Translations under genes and position numbers: made by a program
The notes under the pieces: generated by a model
Databases searched by the model: none
Seen by the model: only the letters and a program-made list of their open reading frames with translations
Told to the model about the DNA's origin: nothing
Shown here: positions 27,421 through 44,180 of the stretch, one piece after another
How positions within the stretch are numbered: the stretch's first letter is position 1
How the letters are laid out: every line of letters starts with the position of its first letter
NCBI RefSeq assembly: GCF_009914755.1
Contig: NC_060927.1
Direction: 5' to 3' (one strand)
Length of the DNA stretch: 64,000 nucleotides
Source of the DNA: the human T2T-CHM13v2.0 reference genome, Homo sapiens

Positions 27421-28089
27421 AAAAAATCAGAATTATATATAGATGCTTCTTTTCTGTTTTGTGTCTCTTGTGTCCCAGGACTCCTGAAAGATCACTAACA
27501 ATAGTCTAGCCAATTCTTTGTACCCATAAATATAATTTGTGCATCCTAGATAATTTTTAACTCAGTTAAAAGTAGGACTGTATATGTCAGCTCTTTTTTC
27601 TTCATGCTTGTTCTACTTATTCAAGTTTAAAAATAATATTTCTTGACAGCTTTATTTCTTCTATGTTAATTTAGCTTTTCCTCTTTCTTCTGTTAGTGAT
27701 ACATCATTAGGACTTCCTTCCTTACTCTTCTTTCTCTAAACACAACTATACATAGAATTTTGTTCATCTTGTCTTTAAAACTTTTTTTGCAGATTTTAGT
27801 ACATCTTAGCCTCTAGACCATCTACTAGACTCACTACATTCATCCTTAGTTAATAAGATTTGTTTGTTAAGACCTTTGATTGTTAGAAGCACAAGTTCCC
27901 TTGAGCTAACTTCAGCAACAGGAGTCTAAGAAAGTAAGGATATGCCCCCAAAACAAGGGTATGAATACAACCACTTTTCAGGAAGAACTAAAACTGGCAG
28001 TGGAAGGGGTGTCAGATTTCAAAGAGGGCAAAAGTCTTACTGGTTGATAAACCTATAATATAAGGAAAGTAAAAAACAAGACAGTTAAA

Positions 28090-28500
28090 TTGAAAAGATA
28101 TTTGAATTCATAATCATGAAAAGAAATAATTTTTCAGTCCTGTCACTATCAAGAGTAACTCAATGAAAGCGGCAGTAGTCTTACCTACTTTCAATCTAAT
28201 GTGTACTCAAACTTAAATCTCTAATATTCTTCCCTGAGGTCAGTCACTGATACTTAAAAGAGGGTAAATGATTCCACATCGTGAAGAAGAACAAAATTAC
28301 AATAGGGTTAGAAATCTACTGTGACCAAAAAGTAAAGATTGCTTCCAAGGATTCCAGAGGACAAAGGAGCCCATTTAAGAGGTCTCTCACTGACCAGGTT
28401 GTGTCTATTTAAGCAAATAATAACTAATTGAAACAAGTTGGATGTATAAAAGGCTATGAGCCCACAGTGATGTTCAAACAATAAAATTACTGTAAAGCTA
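28090..28500 (+). mobile_element. L1MC-type 3' fragment
   Basis: aggattccagaggacaaaggagcccatttaagaggtctctcactgacc...atgagcccacagtgat. Confidence 0.5.
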
Positions 28501-28615
28501 CAAAAATGTAGTGATACCAACCTAGAGAGCTGAAATGGCTAAAAACCAAACCCAGGATTTCATCCTGAAAGTGGTTGGTTACAAAGCAAATTGTATTCCC
28601 AACCTCACAGGGTGT

Positions 28616-29064
28616 TGTGGTGGTTAATATTGGGTGTCAACTTGATCGGAATGAAGAATACAAAGTATTGATCCTGGGTGTGTCTGTGAGGGTGTTGCCA
28701 AAGGAGATTAACATTTGAGTCAGTGGGTTGAGAAAGGCAGACCCACCCTTAATTTGGGCAGGCACAATCTAATTAGCTGCCAGTAAGGCTAGAATATAAG
28801 CAGGCAGAAAAATGTGAAAAGAGAGACTAGCTTAGCCTCCCAGCCTGCATCTTTCTCTTGTGCTGGATGCTTCCTGCTCTCAAATATCGGACTCCAAGTT
28901 CTTCAGTTTTGGCGCTTGGACTGCCTCTCCTTGCTCCTCAGCCTGCAGACAGCCTATTGTGGGACCTTGTGATTGTGTGAGTTAATACTTAATAAACCCC
29001 CCTTTGTATAAATATTATATATATTCCATTAGTTCTGTTCCCCTAGCAAACCCTGACTAACACA
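28616..29064 (+). mobile_element. 5' LTR (MLT2A type)
   Basis: tgtggtggttaat...gtcaacttga...ggcagacccacccttaat...aataaa...ccctgactaacaca. Confidence 0.93.
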
Positions 29065-29069
29065 GACTT

Positions 29070-29087
29070 TGGTACCAGGAGTATTTC
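29070..29087 (+). promoter_or_regulatory. Primer-binding site, tRNA-Leu type
   Basis: TGGTACCAGGAGT just after the 5' LTR is complementary to the tRNA-Leu 3' end ...ACUCCUGGUACCA. Confidence 0.85.
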
Positions 29088-29108
29088 TAGACGAACAGAA
29101 TATAAAGG

Positions 29109-30880
29109 ATGGAGTTCTTTCATTGGTTTTGGGGTTTCTGGAGTTGGCTGCTTAATATGATTAGACCCAAAAATGGGAAGGACTTTACTTCTAACAGTAT
29201 GGAGAACAGTGATAGTCCTTGGCATGAACTGTTTAGAGACTTACACAAAATAAATGCATTTGACACTCCTGATTCATCGCTCATGAAAGGCAAGGAGTTT
29301 AGTGACTCTATACATAATACCTTTGACCATACGTGGAGAACCGAGGAACATAATGAAGCAGGTTAGTTGCTCCTAAGTTCAGTGGACAAAGTGATGAAAG
29401 AAAATGATGAACTCAGGGATTCTATCTCCTGGCTTCAGAAGCAGATACTGAGCTTCAAATCTGCTAAGATTGCCCTGAGTAAGATTCTTATCTCCTGTAG
29501 AAAAAGCTAAAGTTGTGGAAAAACAGACAGGAGCTCTTATCATGCGAGTGACTGACCTGCAACAAAAGTTGCACGCACAGCCTCACCAGGTGTCTACTGT
29601 TAAAGTGAGGGCATTGATTGGAAAAATATTGGGCCCTGAAACTTGGAATGGGGATGTGTAGGAGGACCCTGATGAAGCAGGGGACACCGAGTTTGTAAAC
29701 TCTGATAAACTTTTCTTGCCAGAAGAAACAGCTTCCCTATCCCCAGTAGTGGCAACATCCCCTAACCAATCCATGCTGCCATCAGCCTTTCCACCTTTGT
29801 CTGAGGAGATCAACCCTGCATTGCCTGGGGCAACAGTGTTGGCCTCCCCTGAGGCAGCTGCCAGGCAAGATAATGTACATTCTCCTCAGGAGCCATCCAC
29901 AACAGCCCTGTTTGCTTCTAGACCTATCACTAAAGTACCGACAGGCACTTAGAAGTTAGGTTCAGAGCGTGACCCATGAAAAGGTGTGCTACACTCAAAA
30001 AGAACTGCTTGAGTTTATATAAATTAGAGTTTATATAAATTAGAAATTAGAAATAATTTATATAAACAGAAATCTGGAGAACGGGCATGGGAATGGATAG
30101 TAAGGGTGTGGGATAATGGTGGAAGGAACATAGAGTTGGATCAGGCTGAATGTATTAATTTGGGCCCACTAAGTAGGGACTCTGCATTTAATGTTCCAGC
30201 TCAGGCAGTTAAAAAAGGTTCTAATAGTTTATTTGCTTGGTTAGCTGAAATATGGATTGAAAGATGACCTACTGTGAGTGAATTGGGAATGCCTGATCTC
30301 CCTTGGTTTAATGTAAAGGAAAGGATCCAAAGGCTTAGGCAGATTGGGATGGTGGAGTGGATTAGTCACTTTAGACCTACTCATCCCAGCTGGGAGGATA
30401 CAGAAGATAAACCCTCGACCAATGCCTTGCAAAACAGATTCGTGAGGGCAGCACTTGCATCTTTGAAGAGCCCTGTAATTGCCCTTCTCTGCATGTCATA
30501 TCTAACGGTGGGAACGACAGTCACTCAACTACAAAATTTAAATACAATGGGAAGAATTGGATCCCAAGGTGGCAGGGGCCAAATGGTAGCACTCAACTGT
30601 CAAAGGCATAGTGGGTGTACCTACTGTAATGGACAGCAGAGGCAAAGCAGCAATCAGAATAATCTGACTAATGTAGAGTTCTGGCATTGGCTAATCAATC
30701 ATGGCATTCCTAGAAGTGAAATTGGTAAGAAGCCTACTGCATTCCTACTTAATTTATATAAGCAGAAAACTTCTAGATCAAATGGAAAAAAAGACTAATT
30801 TGAATTATAAAAGCAGTGAATCATGGCCCCTCAATCAATTTTCAGACTTGAGCCAGTTTACAAACCCAGAACCCCTTGAA
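29109..30880 (+). pseudogene. gag: HERV-L gag, multiple stops and frameshifts
   Basis: Fragments GFWSWLLNMIRPKN, MPDLPWFNVKERIQRLRQIGMVEWI, WHWLINHGIPRSEI. Confidence 0.85.
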
Positions 30881-30949
30881 TGAAGGGGAGGCCGGGTTCT
30901 CTTAAGGAAGGACACCACTACAATACTGAAAATTTATACAGTGAATCTT

Positions 30950-31330
30950 TCTCCCATGCTTCCCCAAGGAGACCTCCAGCCGTTTACCAGGATAACTGTG
31001 CATTGGGAAAGGGAAATAATCAGACATTTGGGGAAATACTGAACACTGGCTCTGAGCTGACGCTGATTCCAGGGGAAACAAAACGTCATTGTGGTCCTCC
31101 AGTTAAAGTAGGGGCTTATGGAGCTTAGGTAATTAATGGAGTTTTAGCTCAGGTCCAACTTACACTGGGTCCAGTGGGTCCCTGGACTCATCCTGTCATC
31201 ATTTCCCCAGTGGCAGAATGCATAATTGGCACAAACATACTTAGCAGTTGGCAGAACCCCCACATTGGCTCCCTGTCTGGTAGGGTGAGGGCTATTACAG
31301 TAAGAAAGGCCAAATGGAAGACATTAGAGC
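30950..31330 (+). pseudogene. pro: HERV-L protease, defective
   Basis: ILNTGSELTLIPG (the catalytic DTG reads NTG); ECIIGTNIL. Confidence 0.8.
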
Positions 31331-31379
31331 TGCCCCTACCTAGAAAAATAGTAAATCAAAAACAATATCGCATCCTGGA

Positions 31380-33900
31380 AGGACTGCAGAGATTAGTGCC
31401 ACCATCAAGGACTTGAAAGATGCAGAGGTGAATGATTCCCACCACAACCCCATTCAACTCTCCCATTTGGCCTGTGCAGAAGACAGATGGATCTTGGAGA
31501 ATGACAGTGGATTATCATAAGCTTAACCAACTGGCGACTCTGATTGCAGCTGCTGTACCAGATGTGATTTCATTGCTTGAGCAAATTAACACATCTCCTG
31601 GTACCTGGTATGCAGCCATTGACTTGACAAATGCCTTTTTCTCCATTCCTGTCCATAAGGCCCACCAGAAGCAATTTGCCTTCGGCTAGCAAGGCCAGCA
31701 ATATACGTTTACTGTCCTATCTCAGGGGTATACAAACTCCCTGGCTTTGTATCATAATCTTATTCAGAAAGACCTTGATCTCTTTTTGCTTCTGCAAGAT
31801 ATCACAGTGGACCATTACACTGATGACATTATGCTGATTGGATCCAGTAAGTAAGAAGTAGCAAACACACTGAACTTATTGGTGAGACATTTGTGTGCCA
31901 CAGGATGAGAAATAAATCCAACTAAAATTCGGGGAACTTCTACCTCAGTACAATTTTTAGGGGTCCAGTAGTGTGGGGCCTGTTGAGATATCCCCTCTAG
32001 GATGAAGGATAAGTTGCTGTATTTGTCCCCTCCTACAACCAAGAAAGAGGCACAATGCCTAGTGACCCTATTTGGATTTTGGAGGCAACACATTCCTCAA
32101 TTAGGTGTATCACTCTGGCCCATTTATCGAGTGATCCAAAGGCTACCAGTTTTGAGTTGGGTCCAGAACAAGAGAAGGCTCTACAACAGGTCCAGGCTGG
32201 TTTGCAAGCTGCTCTGCCACTTGGGCCATATGACCCAACAGATCCAATGGTGCTTGAGATGTCTGACAGGTAGGGATGCTGTTTGGAGCCTTTGGCAGGC
32301 CCCCATAGGTGAATCACTGCAGAGCCCTGTAGGATTTTGGAGCAAGGCCCTGCCATCTTCTGCAGATAACTACTCTCCTTTTGAGAGACAGCTCTTGGCC
32401 TGTTACTGGGCTTTGATGGAAACTGAACATTTGACTATGCGTCATCAAGTCACCATATGACCTGAACTGCCTATCATGAACTGGGTGTTTTCTGACCCAT
32501 CTAGCCATGAAGTGTGTCATGCGCAGTAACTTTCCATCATCAAATGGAAGTGGTATATTCATGACTGGGCTAGAGCAGGTCATGAAGGCACAAGTAAGTT
32601 ACATAAGGAATTGGCTCAAATGCCCATGGTCTCCATTTCTGCCACCCTGCCTGCTCTTCCCCAGCCTGCACCAATGGCCTCATGGGGAGTTCCCTATGAT
32701 CAGTTGACAGAGGAAGAGAAGACTAGGCCCTGGTTCTCAAATGGGTCTGCACAATATGCAAGCACCACCCAAAAGTGGACAGCTGCACTACTACAGCCCC
32801 TTTCTAGGACATCCCTGAAGCACAGCAGTGAAGGGAAATCTTCCCAGTGGGCAGTACTTCGAGCAGTGCACCTGGTTGTGCACTTTGCATGGAAGTGCAT
32901 ATGGAATGGCCAGATATGCAATTACATACTGATTCATGGGCTGTAGCTAATGGTTTGGCTGGAAGGTCAGGGACTTGGAAGAAACATGATTGGAAAATTG
33001 GTGACAAAGAAATTTGGGGAAGAGGTACGTGGATGAACCTCTCTGAGTAGTCAAAAACTAAAGGTATTCGTATCCCATGTGAGTGCTCATCAATGGGTGA
33101 CCTCAGCAGAAGAGGATTTTAATAATAAAGTGGATAGGATGACCCATTCTGGGGACACCACTCAGCCTCTTTCCCCAGCCACCTCTGTCATTGCCCAGTG
33201 GGACCATGAACAAAGTGGCCATGGTGGCAAGGATGGAGGTTACACATGGGCTCAGCAACATGGACTTTCACTCACCAAGGCCGACCTGGCTACAGCCAGT
33301 GCTGAGTGCCCAATTTGCCAGGAGCAGAGACCAACACTGAGCCCTTGATATGGCACCATTCCTCAGGGTGATCAGCCAGCTACCTGGTGGCAGGTTGGCT
33401 ATATTGGACCTCTTCCATCATGGAAAGGGCAGAGGTTTGTCCCCACTAGAATAAACACTTACTCCGGATATAGATATGAGTTTTCCTATCCCGCTCACAA
33501 TGCTTCTGTCAAAACTACCATCCATGGACTCACAGAACGCCTCACCTACCATCATGGTATTCCACACAGCATTGTCTCTGACCAAGGCACTCACTTTATG
33601 GCTAAAGAAGTGCAGCTGTGGACTCATGCTCATGGAATTCACTGGTCCTATCATGTTCCCTATCATCCTGAAGCAGCTAGATTGATAGAACAGTGGAATG
33701 GCCTTTTGAAGTCACAATTACAATGTCAACTAGGTGACAATACTTTGCACAGCTGGGTCAAAGTTCTCCAGAAGGCCATGTATGCTCTGAATCAGCATCC
33801 AATATATGGTACTGTTTCTCCCATAGCCAGGATTCATCGGTCCAGGTATCAAGGGGTGAAAGTGGAAGTGGCACCACTCACCATCACCCCAAGTGATCCA
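31380..33900 (+). pseudogene. pol: HERV-L pol (RT, RNase H, integrase), defective
   Basis: [55 protein letters not shown]...CPIC, SDQGTHF, IEQWNGLLK; many stops. Confidence 0.92.
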
Positions 33901-33929
33901 CTAGCAAAATTTTTGCTTCCTGTTTCCAT

Positions 33930-34332
33930 TACATTATGTTCTGCTGGCCTAGACGTCTTAGTTCCTGGGGGAGGAACGCTGCCACCAGGAGACACGATTC
34001 CATTAAACTGGAAGTTAAGATTGCCACCTGGACACTTTGGGCTCCTCCGACCTTTAAGTCAACAGGCTAAGAAGGGAGTTACAGTGTTGGCTGTGGTGAC
34101 TGACACAGACTATCAAGAAGAAATCAGTCTACTACTCCACAACGGAGGTAAGGAAGAGTATGCATGGAATACAGGAGATCCATTAGGGCATCTCTTAACA
34201 TTACCATGCCCTGTGATTAAGGTCAATAGGAAACTACAGCACCCCACTCCAGGATGGACTACAAATGGCCCACACCCTTCAGGAATGAAGGTTAGGTTCA
34301 CTCCACCAGGAAAAAAACCACAACCTGCTTAG
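33930..34332 (+). pseudogene. dut: HERV-L dUTPase downstream of integrase
   Basis: SAGLD, LPPGHFGLL, GVTVLAVVTDTDYQEEI within ORF 33598..34332. Confidence 0.85.
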
Positions 34333-34739
34333 GTGCTTGCTGAAGGCAAAGGGAATACAGAATGGGTATTGGAATAACGTAGTCATTAATATCAGCTATG
34401 ACCACATGACCAGCTGCAGAAAGAGGACTGTAATTGTCATGAGTACTTCCTTCTTCTTTTGTTAAAAACATGTTTGTGCATGTATACACTTGTACTAAGA
34501 AAAATCTTCATTTTATTTCCTTTCTCCTTTATCATGTGACATAAGATTTATTGATTTCACATCAGCATTTAAGAATTGTTAACTTTATGTAATAGTATTT
34601 GGGTTGGGGATTAGTGTGTTTCGGGTTGTATGAAGGATAGTTATATTAGGCATAATTATGACCTTATTATTGTCCTTATTTGAAAATTATGTATGATCTC
34701 AGGAGATGTGTATGGGTTCAAGTTGACAAGGGGTGAACT

Positions 34740-35185
34740 TGTGATAGTTAATACTAAGTGTCAACTTGACTGGATTGAAGGATACAAAGTATTGGTCCTC
34801 AGTGTGTCTGTGAGGGTGTTGCTGAAGGAGATTAACATTTGAGTCAGTGTGCTGCAAAAGGCAGACCCACCCTTAATCTGGGTGGGCACAATCTAATCAG
34901 TTGCCTGTGCAGCTAGATTATATACAGGTAGAAAAATGTGAAAAGAGAGACTGGCCTAGCCTTTCACCCTACATCTTTCTCCCGTGCTGGATGCTTCCTG
35001 CCCTTGAACATCGGACTCCAATTTCTTCAGTTTTGGAACTCAGACTGGCTCTCCTTGTTCCTCAGCCTCCAGATGGCCTATTGTAGGACCTTCTGATCAT
35101 GTGACTTAATACTTAATAAACTCCCCTTTATATATGTATATCTATTCTATTAGTTCTGTCCCCCTAGAGAACTCTGACTAATACA
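34740..35185 (+). mobile_element. 3' LTR (MLT2A type)
   Basis: Preceded by the purine-rich gacaaggggtgaac; colinear with the 5' LTR (14 mismatches in the first 100 nt). Confidence 0.93.
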
Positions 35186-35214
35186 GGTGTCTACTGCTAA
35201 AGTGGGGGCATTGA

Positions 35215-38967
<3,753 letters not shown>

Positions 38968-39580
38968 GAAATGGAAGAAAATTTCCTCAACCTGATAAAG
39001 GGAATCTACAAAAATTCCACAACTAACATCATACTTAATGAAAGACTGAAGCTTTTCCTTTCACATCCAGAACAAGACAGAGATGCTCATTCCTACCACT
39101 TTTATTTACCACTGTACTGGAGGTTCTAGCCAGAGCAACTGCGCAGAAAAAGAAATAAATGATTCAAATTGTAAAAGAAGAAGTACAACCATCTCTATTT
39201 GCAGATGAGATAATCTTGCATATAGTAAACACTAATAATACACACACACACACACATTATTAGAACTAATAAGTGAGTTCAGCAAGGTTGCTGAATACAA
39301 ATTCAATATGCAAGATTTAATTGTATTTCAATACAGTAGAAATGAACAATCCCAAAATAAAATTAAGAAAACTCCCCATTTATAATAGCATCAAAAAAAT
39401 AAAATACTTAGGAATAAATTTAAAAAGGTTTGGGTCTTTTGCGATGAACATGGTAGAAATAAATAAAAGACCTAAGTAAATGGAAAGATAATCTGTGTCC
39501 ATGGATTGCAAGACTTAATATTGTTAAGACGACAACACTACCCAAGGTGATCTACAGTTTCAACATAAATCCTATCGAAC
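38968..39580 (+). mobile_element. Old L1M ORF2 fragment
   Basis: tttcctcaacctgataaagggaatctac...tctctatttgcagatga...ttcagcaaggttgc. Confidence 0.85.
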
Positions 39581-39582
39581 TC

Positions 39583-40205
39583 TGTATAGTGAAAAGTTAA
39601 CTTCACTCAGAAAGAGGACTGACCTTTCACCTCAACTATCAGAAGCTGATCTCTACATCTCTGGGATGTCCTGCCTAATAGGAATATCTTTGTTTGCCTG
39701 AAGATTTGACCACTGGACAGTGAACACTGTGATTTATGATGGGGGCTTTTGGATATTCCATGTCAATTCCAACCTCCAGAGGAATCAGAGACTAAACTTA
39801 TTAGCCTGACCTTCCAGAAGGGACTGGAGACTAAAAATCAGCCACATGGACAGTATGTGATAAAGTCTTACTAAAAACTCTGAAAACCAAAGCTCAGTGA
39901 GCTTCCCTAGTTGGCAATACCCTTTGAGCTTTGAGTATTGTCACACATCACAGCTAGGATGAGGTAACGCCATCCAGGACTCCATGCAGAGAATATGACT
40001 ATAAGTTTCCTATTTGGGCCCCTTTCAGACTTCACTTTATGCAACTTTTCCTTTGCCTGGTTCTAATTTATACCTTTTTGCAATAATAAAATTGTAATTA
40101 TGGTTATAGCGAGTATAGCACTTTCCTGGGTTCTGTAAGTCATTCTAGTGAATTACTAAATCTGAGGATGGTCATGGGAACCCTCAAATTTGCAGCCAGC
40201 TGATG
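39583..40205 (+). mobile_element. MER77/MER21-group LTR
   Basis: gatgtcctgcctaatagg...tctttgtttgcctg...ggactggagactaa...gtgagcttccctagttggcaatac. Confidence 0.7.
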
Positions 40206-40237
40206 CGATGTTCTTGAGGCTATTTACACATATTTTT

Positions 40238-40977
40238 TCTGTATGCTGGATTTTTTATATATTATGACATAGTATGGTAATGAGCATTTCTTCTCAACTC
40301 CACTTTCAGTGATTCATGTTGGTACCTTGAAATCAACCATGCGGAAAGTATATCACAGAAATCAGCAAATGCTATGAATCAGAGCTTAATTTATTATTTT
40401 CCTAATAACAAAACTATTAATAATACAGATTAAACATAAAATTTTATTGTATTGATAGTCATTACATTGCAAATAGTACAAAAAGTTGAGGAAATATTCT
40501 GTCAGTTTTTAAAAATTATTATCCAATTCAGCAAAGAAGTTACTGACATCATTGACAAAAGAGTAAATTTCCAATATATGTCCTCACTGTTTCAGTTTCG
40601 TATCAGTCATTATTATAAATGAAAAGATCAACCAACACTCATGTTAGAGCTAGACTCATTCATCAACTGCAACCATAGCTTGGCTATGGATATAAGAATT
40701 CAGAAAAAAATCAATAATAGCATTCTGTGAGAATCAATTGGCAATATGGAATTTATAATAAAGAGTCATGTATATTTTATTATTAAGTGTAAATTGTGTG
40801 CTGCACATCTTTCATGTTGATAAAATGTATAATAAACTTATATACATGCATGTGTGTGTGTATATATGTATAATAAACATATATATGCATGTGTGTGTGT
40901 GTGTGTGTGTATATACACACACACACACATTTCTTAAGGGGAGAGCCAGTTGTTAATCATTTACCAGGGCACGACTG
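40238..40977. mobile_element. MER63 (hAT-Blackjack) with an embedded TG/CA/TA microsatellite
   Basis: cttgaaatcaaccatg...atcagcaaatgcta; end gagagccagttgttaatcatttaccagggcacgactg. Confidence 0.7.
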
Positions 40978-42851
40978 ATTTTAGTGTTATCTTCCTGCAG
41001 GAAAGAGGACTAGTCATATGGCAAACAATTGCATAGTAAGTCTAGCTGCACAATTGCCTTTAATAATTTCTAGAGAGAAGTTAGGCTGACAAGTAAAAAA
41101 AAAATCCCCCCTTTACACTTCCAGGATCTCCATCTTTTCTTGAAAAATAGTATAGACCAGTTCTGCAATGATTCCAGCCTACTCTTTAAGACAGACTACA
41201 GAGTTTATTTGGGCTATTTGAACACATGCTCTTGGCATACGTAGTTCAATAACAAGAACTTTTCTGTCTCTTTTAGCCACTCAGACATTCCAAAGGACCA
41301 CACATCCTTTGCAGGAACTCAAAATAAGGAGATTATAAATGTCCTAAGGCATTTCTGAAATCTCTCAACTCTTCCTACACCACTGTTCTCACCTAACTCA
41401 AAACTCTTGGCTCTCCATCCTAACTCTAATCCTAATTCTAGGACTTGAACTGGAATTTATCCTAATTTTCATGGCATTTGACTTAATTCTCCATAGGATA
41501 CCTGGGATAGAATTTATACCTCTGGCTTTCCCCTTCTGAGATAAACCCCTGATGCTTCTCCCAAATTCTAGACACTGATGTGAATGTAATAAAATAGGGA
41601 TCTTATTTATACATCAGATGCATCTGTAAATCCTTCCAAGAACTAGGGTTCCTCTTTCTTTTCCCACAACCAACATTCCTTGAAAATCATTTTTAAAAGG
41701 ATTCAGGAAACTGATTCTTACTCCATTCTTATGTAACTTCCTGCTATCCCCACCTAGAACTCTACTATTTGTCTATTTCAGTTTTCAAGTAGAGTTTAGT
41801 ATTTTGTCAAGTAGGAAAAATCAGTGCCCTTTGGACTCATCTGTTCCTTTCTTTCTTTCCTGCTGAAATAAAGAGGAAACATTTGACTTTATCCTATATT
41901 TTATAAATTATTTTTCTATTCATATACTCCCATGTAATTATTTACATTATTCCTTGACTTTACCTAATTTTTGTACTTACTTCTTCCTTGAAACAATGTG
42001 ACACTACTTTATGTAGTATATTTCTCCCCAAAATCCCAAATTATTTTATTAATATAATATTTAGTTTTGTTGTCCTTTCAGCAGAGAATAGTATAGGTTA
42101 TCCTCAAAGTAGAGGGATATCCTTAGAATAGAGAAAACTCTAGCTGTAAACTTTTTTAAAAAGGTTTCATTGAAGAAAATAAACCTCTCAAGGAATTGAG
42201 ATTATTAGTAATCTGTAAAGATTAAAGTCAAGGAAACATAATAGGAATAGGGAAGAGGAAAAAAACACAGTCCCTGAAAAATAGAAAAAGCTTGCATTTC
42301 ATGAGTTTTCACATGATAAGCAAGTAAGAGACTGTTTAATACATTCACTTGTTGACCTTTAAAAGAATCCATCCTCATGTACAGCATTAGAAGCATATAA
42401 TGAGATTAGTATTTAGAGACTGTTATGAGAATAGGTCAAGTCAGTCACAAGCATATTTTCATTTTGGTTCACTGTATTTTCTGCCACAGCATTTTGCAAG
42501 GCCATGTGTACTCCTTTCAAATAAATGCAGCAGTGAGAGTACTGTGTTGACCTTTTATCTCATTTCCCTCCTAATACGGAGGTAATCATCAATAAGCACT
42601 GTGCATACTGGAGTTAGGCATTTGTGTAAACAAAAGATTTATTGAAATGGCCAAGGGGGAGAAGAAATTGAAATCCATCTCACTTAGAAGCCTTTAAGAA
42701 GATCTGACCAGAAATGCAACCTAGGTTATAACTGTGCCAGTGCCCAGAGGATAACTTGACCAGCAGCAAAAGCTGGCCTCCCAGGAAAGGAAGAGCAGGT
42801 GTGCCTGAAAATCCGACTTATTCATCAAGGGTCATTTAAATGTCAACTCAA

Positions 42852-43025
42852 GCGGCTCACATCTTTAATTCCAGCTTCTCAGGAGGCTGAAAAAGGAGGA
42901 TTGCTTGAGCCCAGGAGTTCGAGACTACAGTGAGCTAAGATCATGCCACTGCACTCTACCCTGGGCAACAGAGCAAGATCCTGCTTCAAAGCCTCAAACA
43001 AACAAACAAACAAACAAACAAAAAA
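42852..43025 (+). mobile_element. Alu right monomer/FRAM with (CAAA)n tail
   Basis: ggaggattgcttgagcccaggagttcgagactacagtgagc. Confidence 0.85.
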
Positions 43026-44012
43026 CATAGCTATTGCACTTTTATGGCACTTTATCCACAGACAGTGAAGTCCTAAAATGTTTGGGTGAGCAGAAAAGTC
43101 CCAGGCCAAGAGATTCTAATCATCCAGCCTGGGGCAATCCATAGGGAACTTTTGAAACTATACGTCTCCAGCACAAAATGAAGGTTTGGGACCTTTTCCA
43201 CTCATCCAACAATTTGAGAGCTCTGGGTGGAGCCCTAGGAACCCACATGTTTTCAAAAATTGCTCAAGCAAGACCAGAGAATAAAGAATGTTGACCAGGG
43301 GTTGCTGTGTTTCATTACAATCAGCAAACTACTATGTGATGTTTATAACTGTGTGCATGAATGATTTTGATATGTATTAAAAGACAAAAGTATCTCCAGG
43401 GTATTCTAATGTATAGCAAAATTTGGGGGCTACTTTGAAGAATGTGGTTGTTTCTCTTAATCCTGGGATACTGCTAACTCCTCTCCAAAATTTCCCAAGG
43501 AATAGTTTGTCTGCTTTATTTTTCTCTATTGTTGAGAAACAGTTTTTTCACTGTTAAAGAAAAAAAAATGGCATTATCAGCTAGGTTTCTGAATTCACAT
43601 TGCTGCTTCCATAGAGTTTTGACAATTCCATCACATGTCCTACAGTTCCTCTAAGAAGCTGAGAGACATTTGACACATTGATGTTTAACACATATTGCTG
43701 TATAGTCACATGCCCTCACCTACACTGAAGTCTTACTGAGAGTAGGAATAGTGTCTTTTATTTCTGTATCCCCAGACTAATAGGGGATATCATATATTTT
43801 GTAATCCTTAATTATTTGATGAATGAATAAACAATACATTGTAAGGTATATGAAAGCAATTACTATTCATTGCAACTCTTTGTATACTCGATAGTACCTA
43901 ACACAAACAGTTTTCTGCTTGCTTAAGGACTACAAAATACAGATAAAGGCTAATCATCATTTTATGTGTTTGAAAAATAGGTACCTTGGGAATCAGGGAA
44001 CCTCAATTAGAT

Positions 44013-44180
44013 CAGAGGTTCTTAAAACTTTTTGAATTACAGACTGCTTAAGAATCTCGTGAATGCTACAGGATTCCCTCACAGCCCTCACACACACCTC
44101 CAAGGTATACATATAATTAGAGGGGATTTGCAAATTGAGCCCCCAAAAAGCCATCCATGGACTCCAGGTTAAGAACTACT
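44013..44180. mobile_element. Charlie4z-like hAT MITE
   Basis: cagaggttcttaa...gagaatct-like core...ccatccatggactccaggttaagaac. Confidence 0.65.

Larger units (their letters stand above)
28616..35185 (+). mobile_element. Full-length defective HERV-L provirus
   Basis: Two TG...CA LTRs, perfect 5-bp TSD GGTGT, PBS, gag-pro-pol-dUTPase gene order, no env. Confidence 0.96.

Noticed and set aside
28616-35185. Possible domesticated (Fv1-like) gag or an env gene
   Set aside because: gag is broken by many stops and frameshifts, and there is no room or homology for env between dUTPase and the 3' LTR.
41390-41470. cctaac/cctaat-like repeats
   Set aside because: Too few and too degenerate to call an interstitial telomeric repeat.
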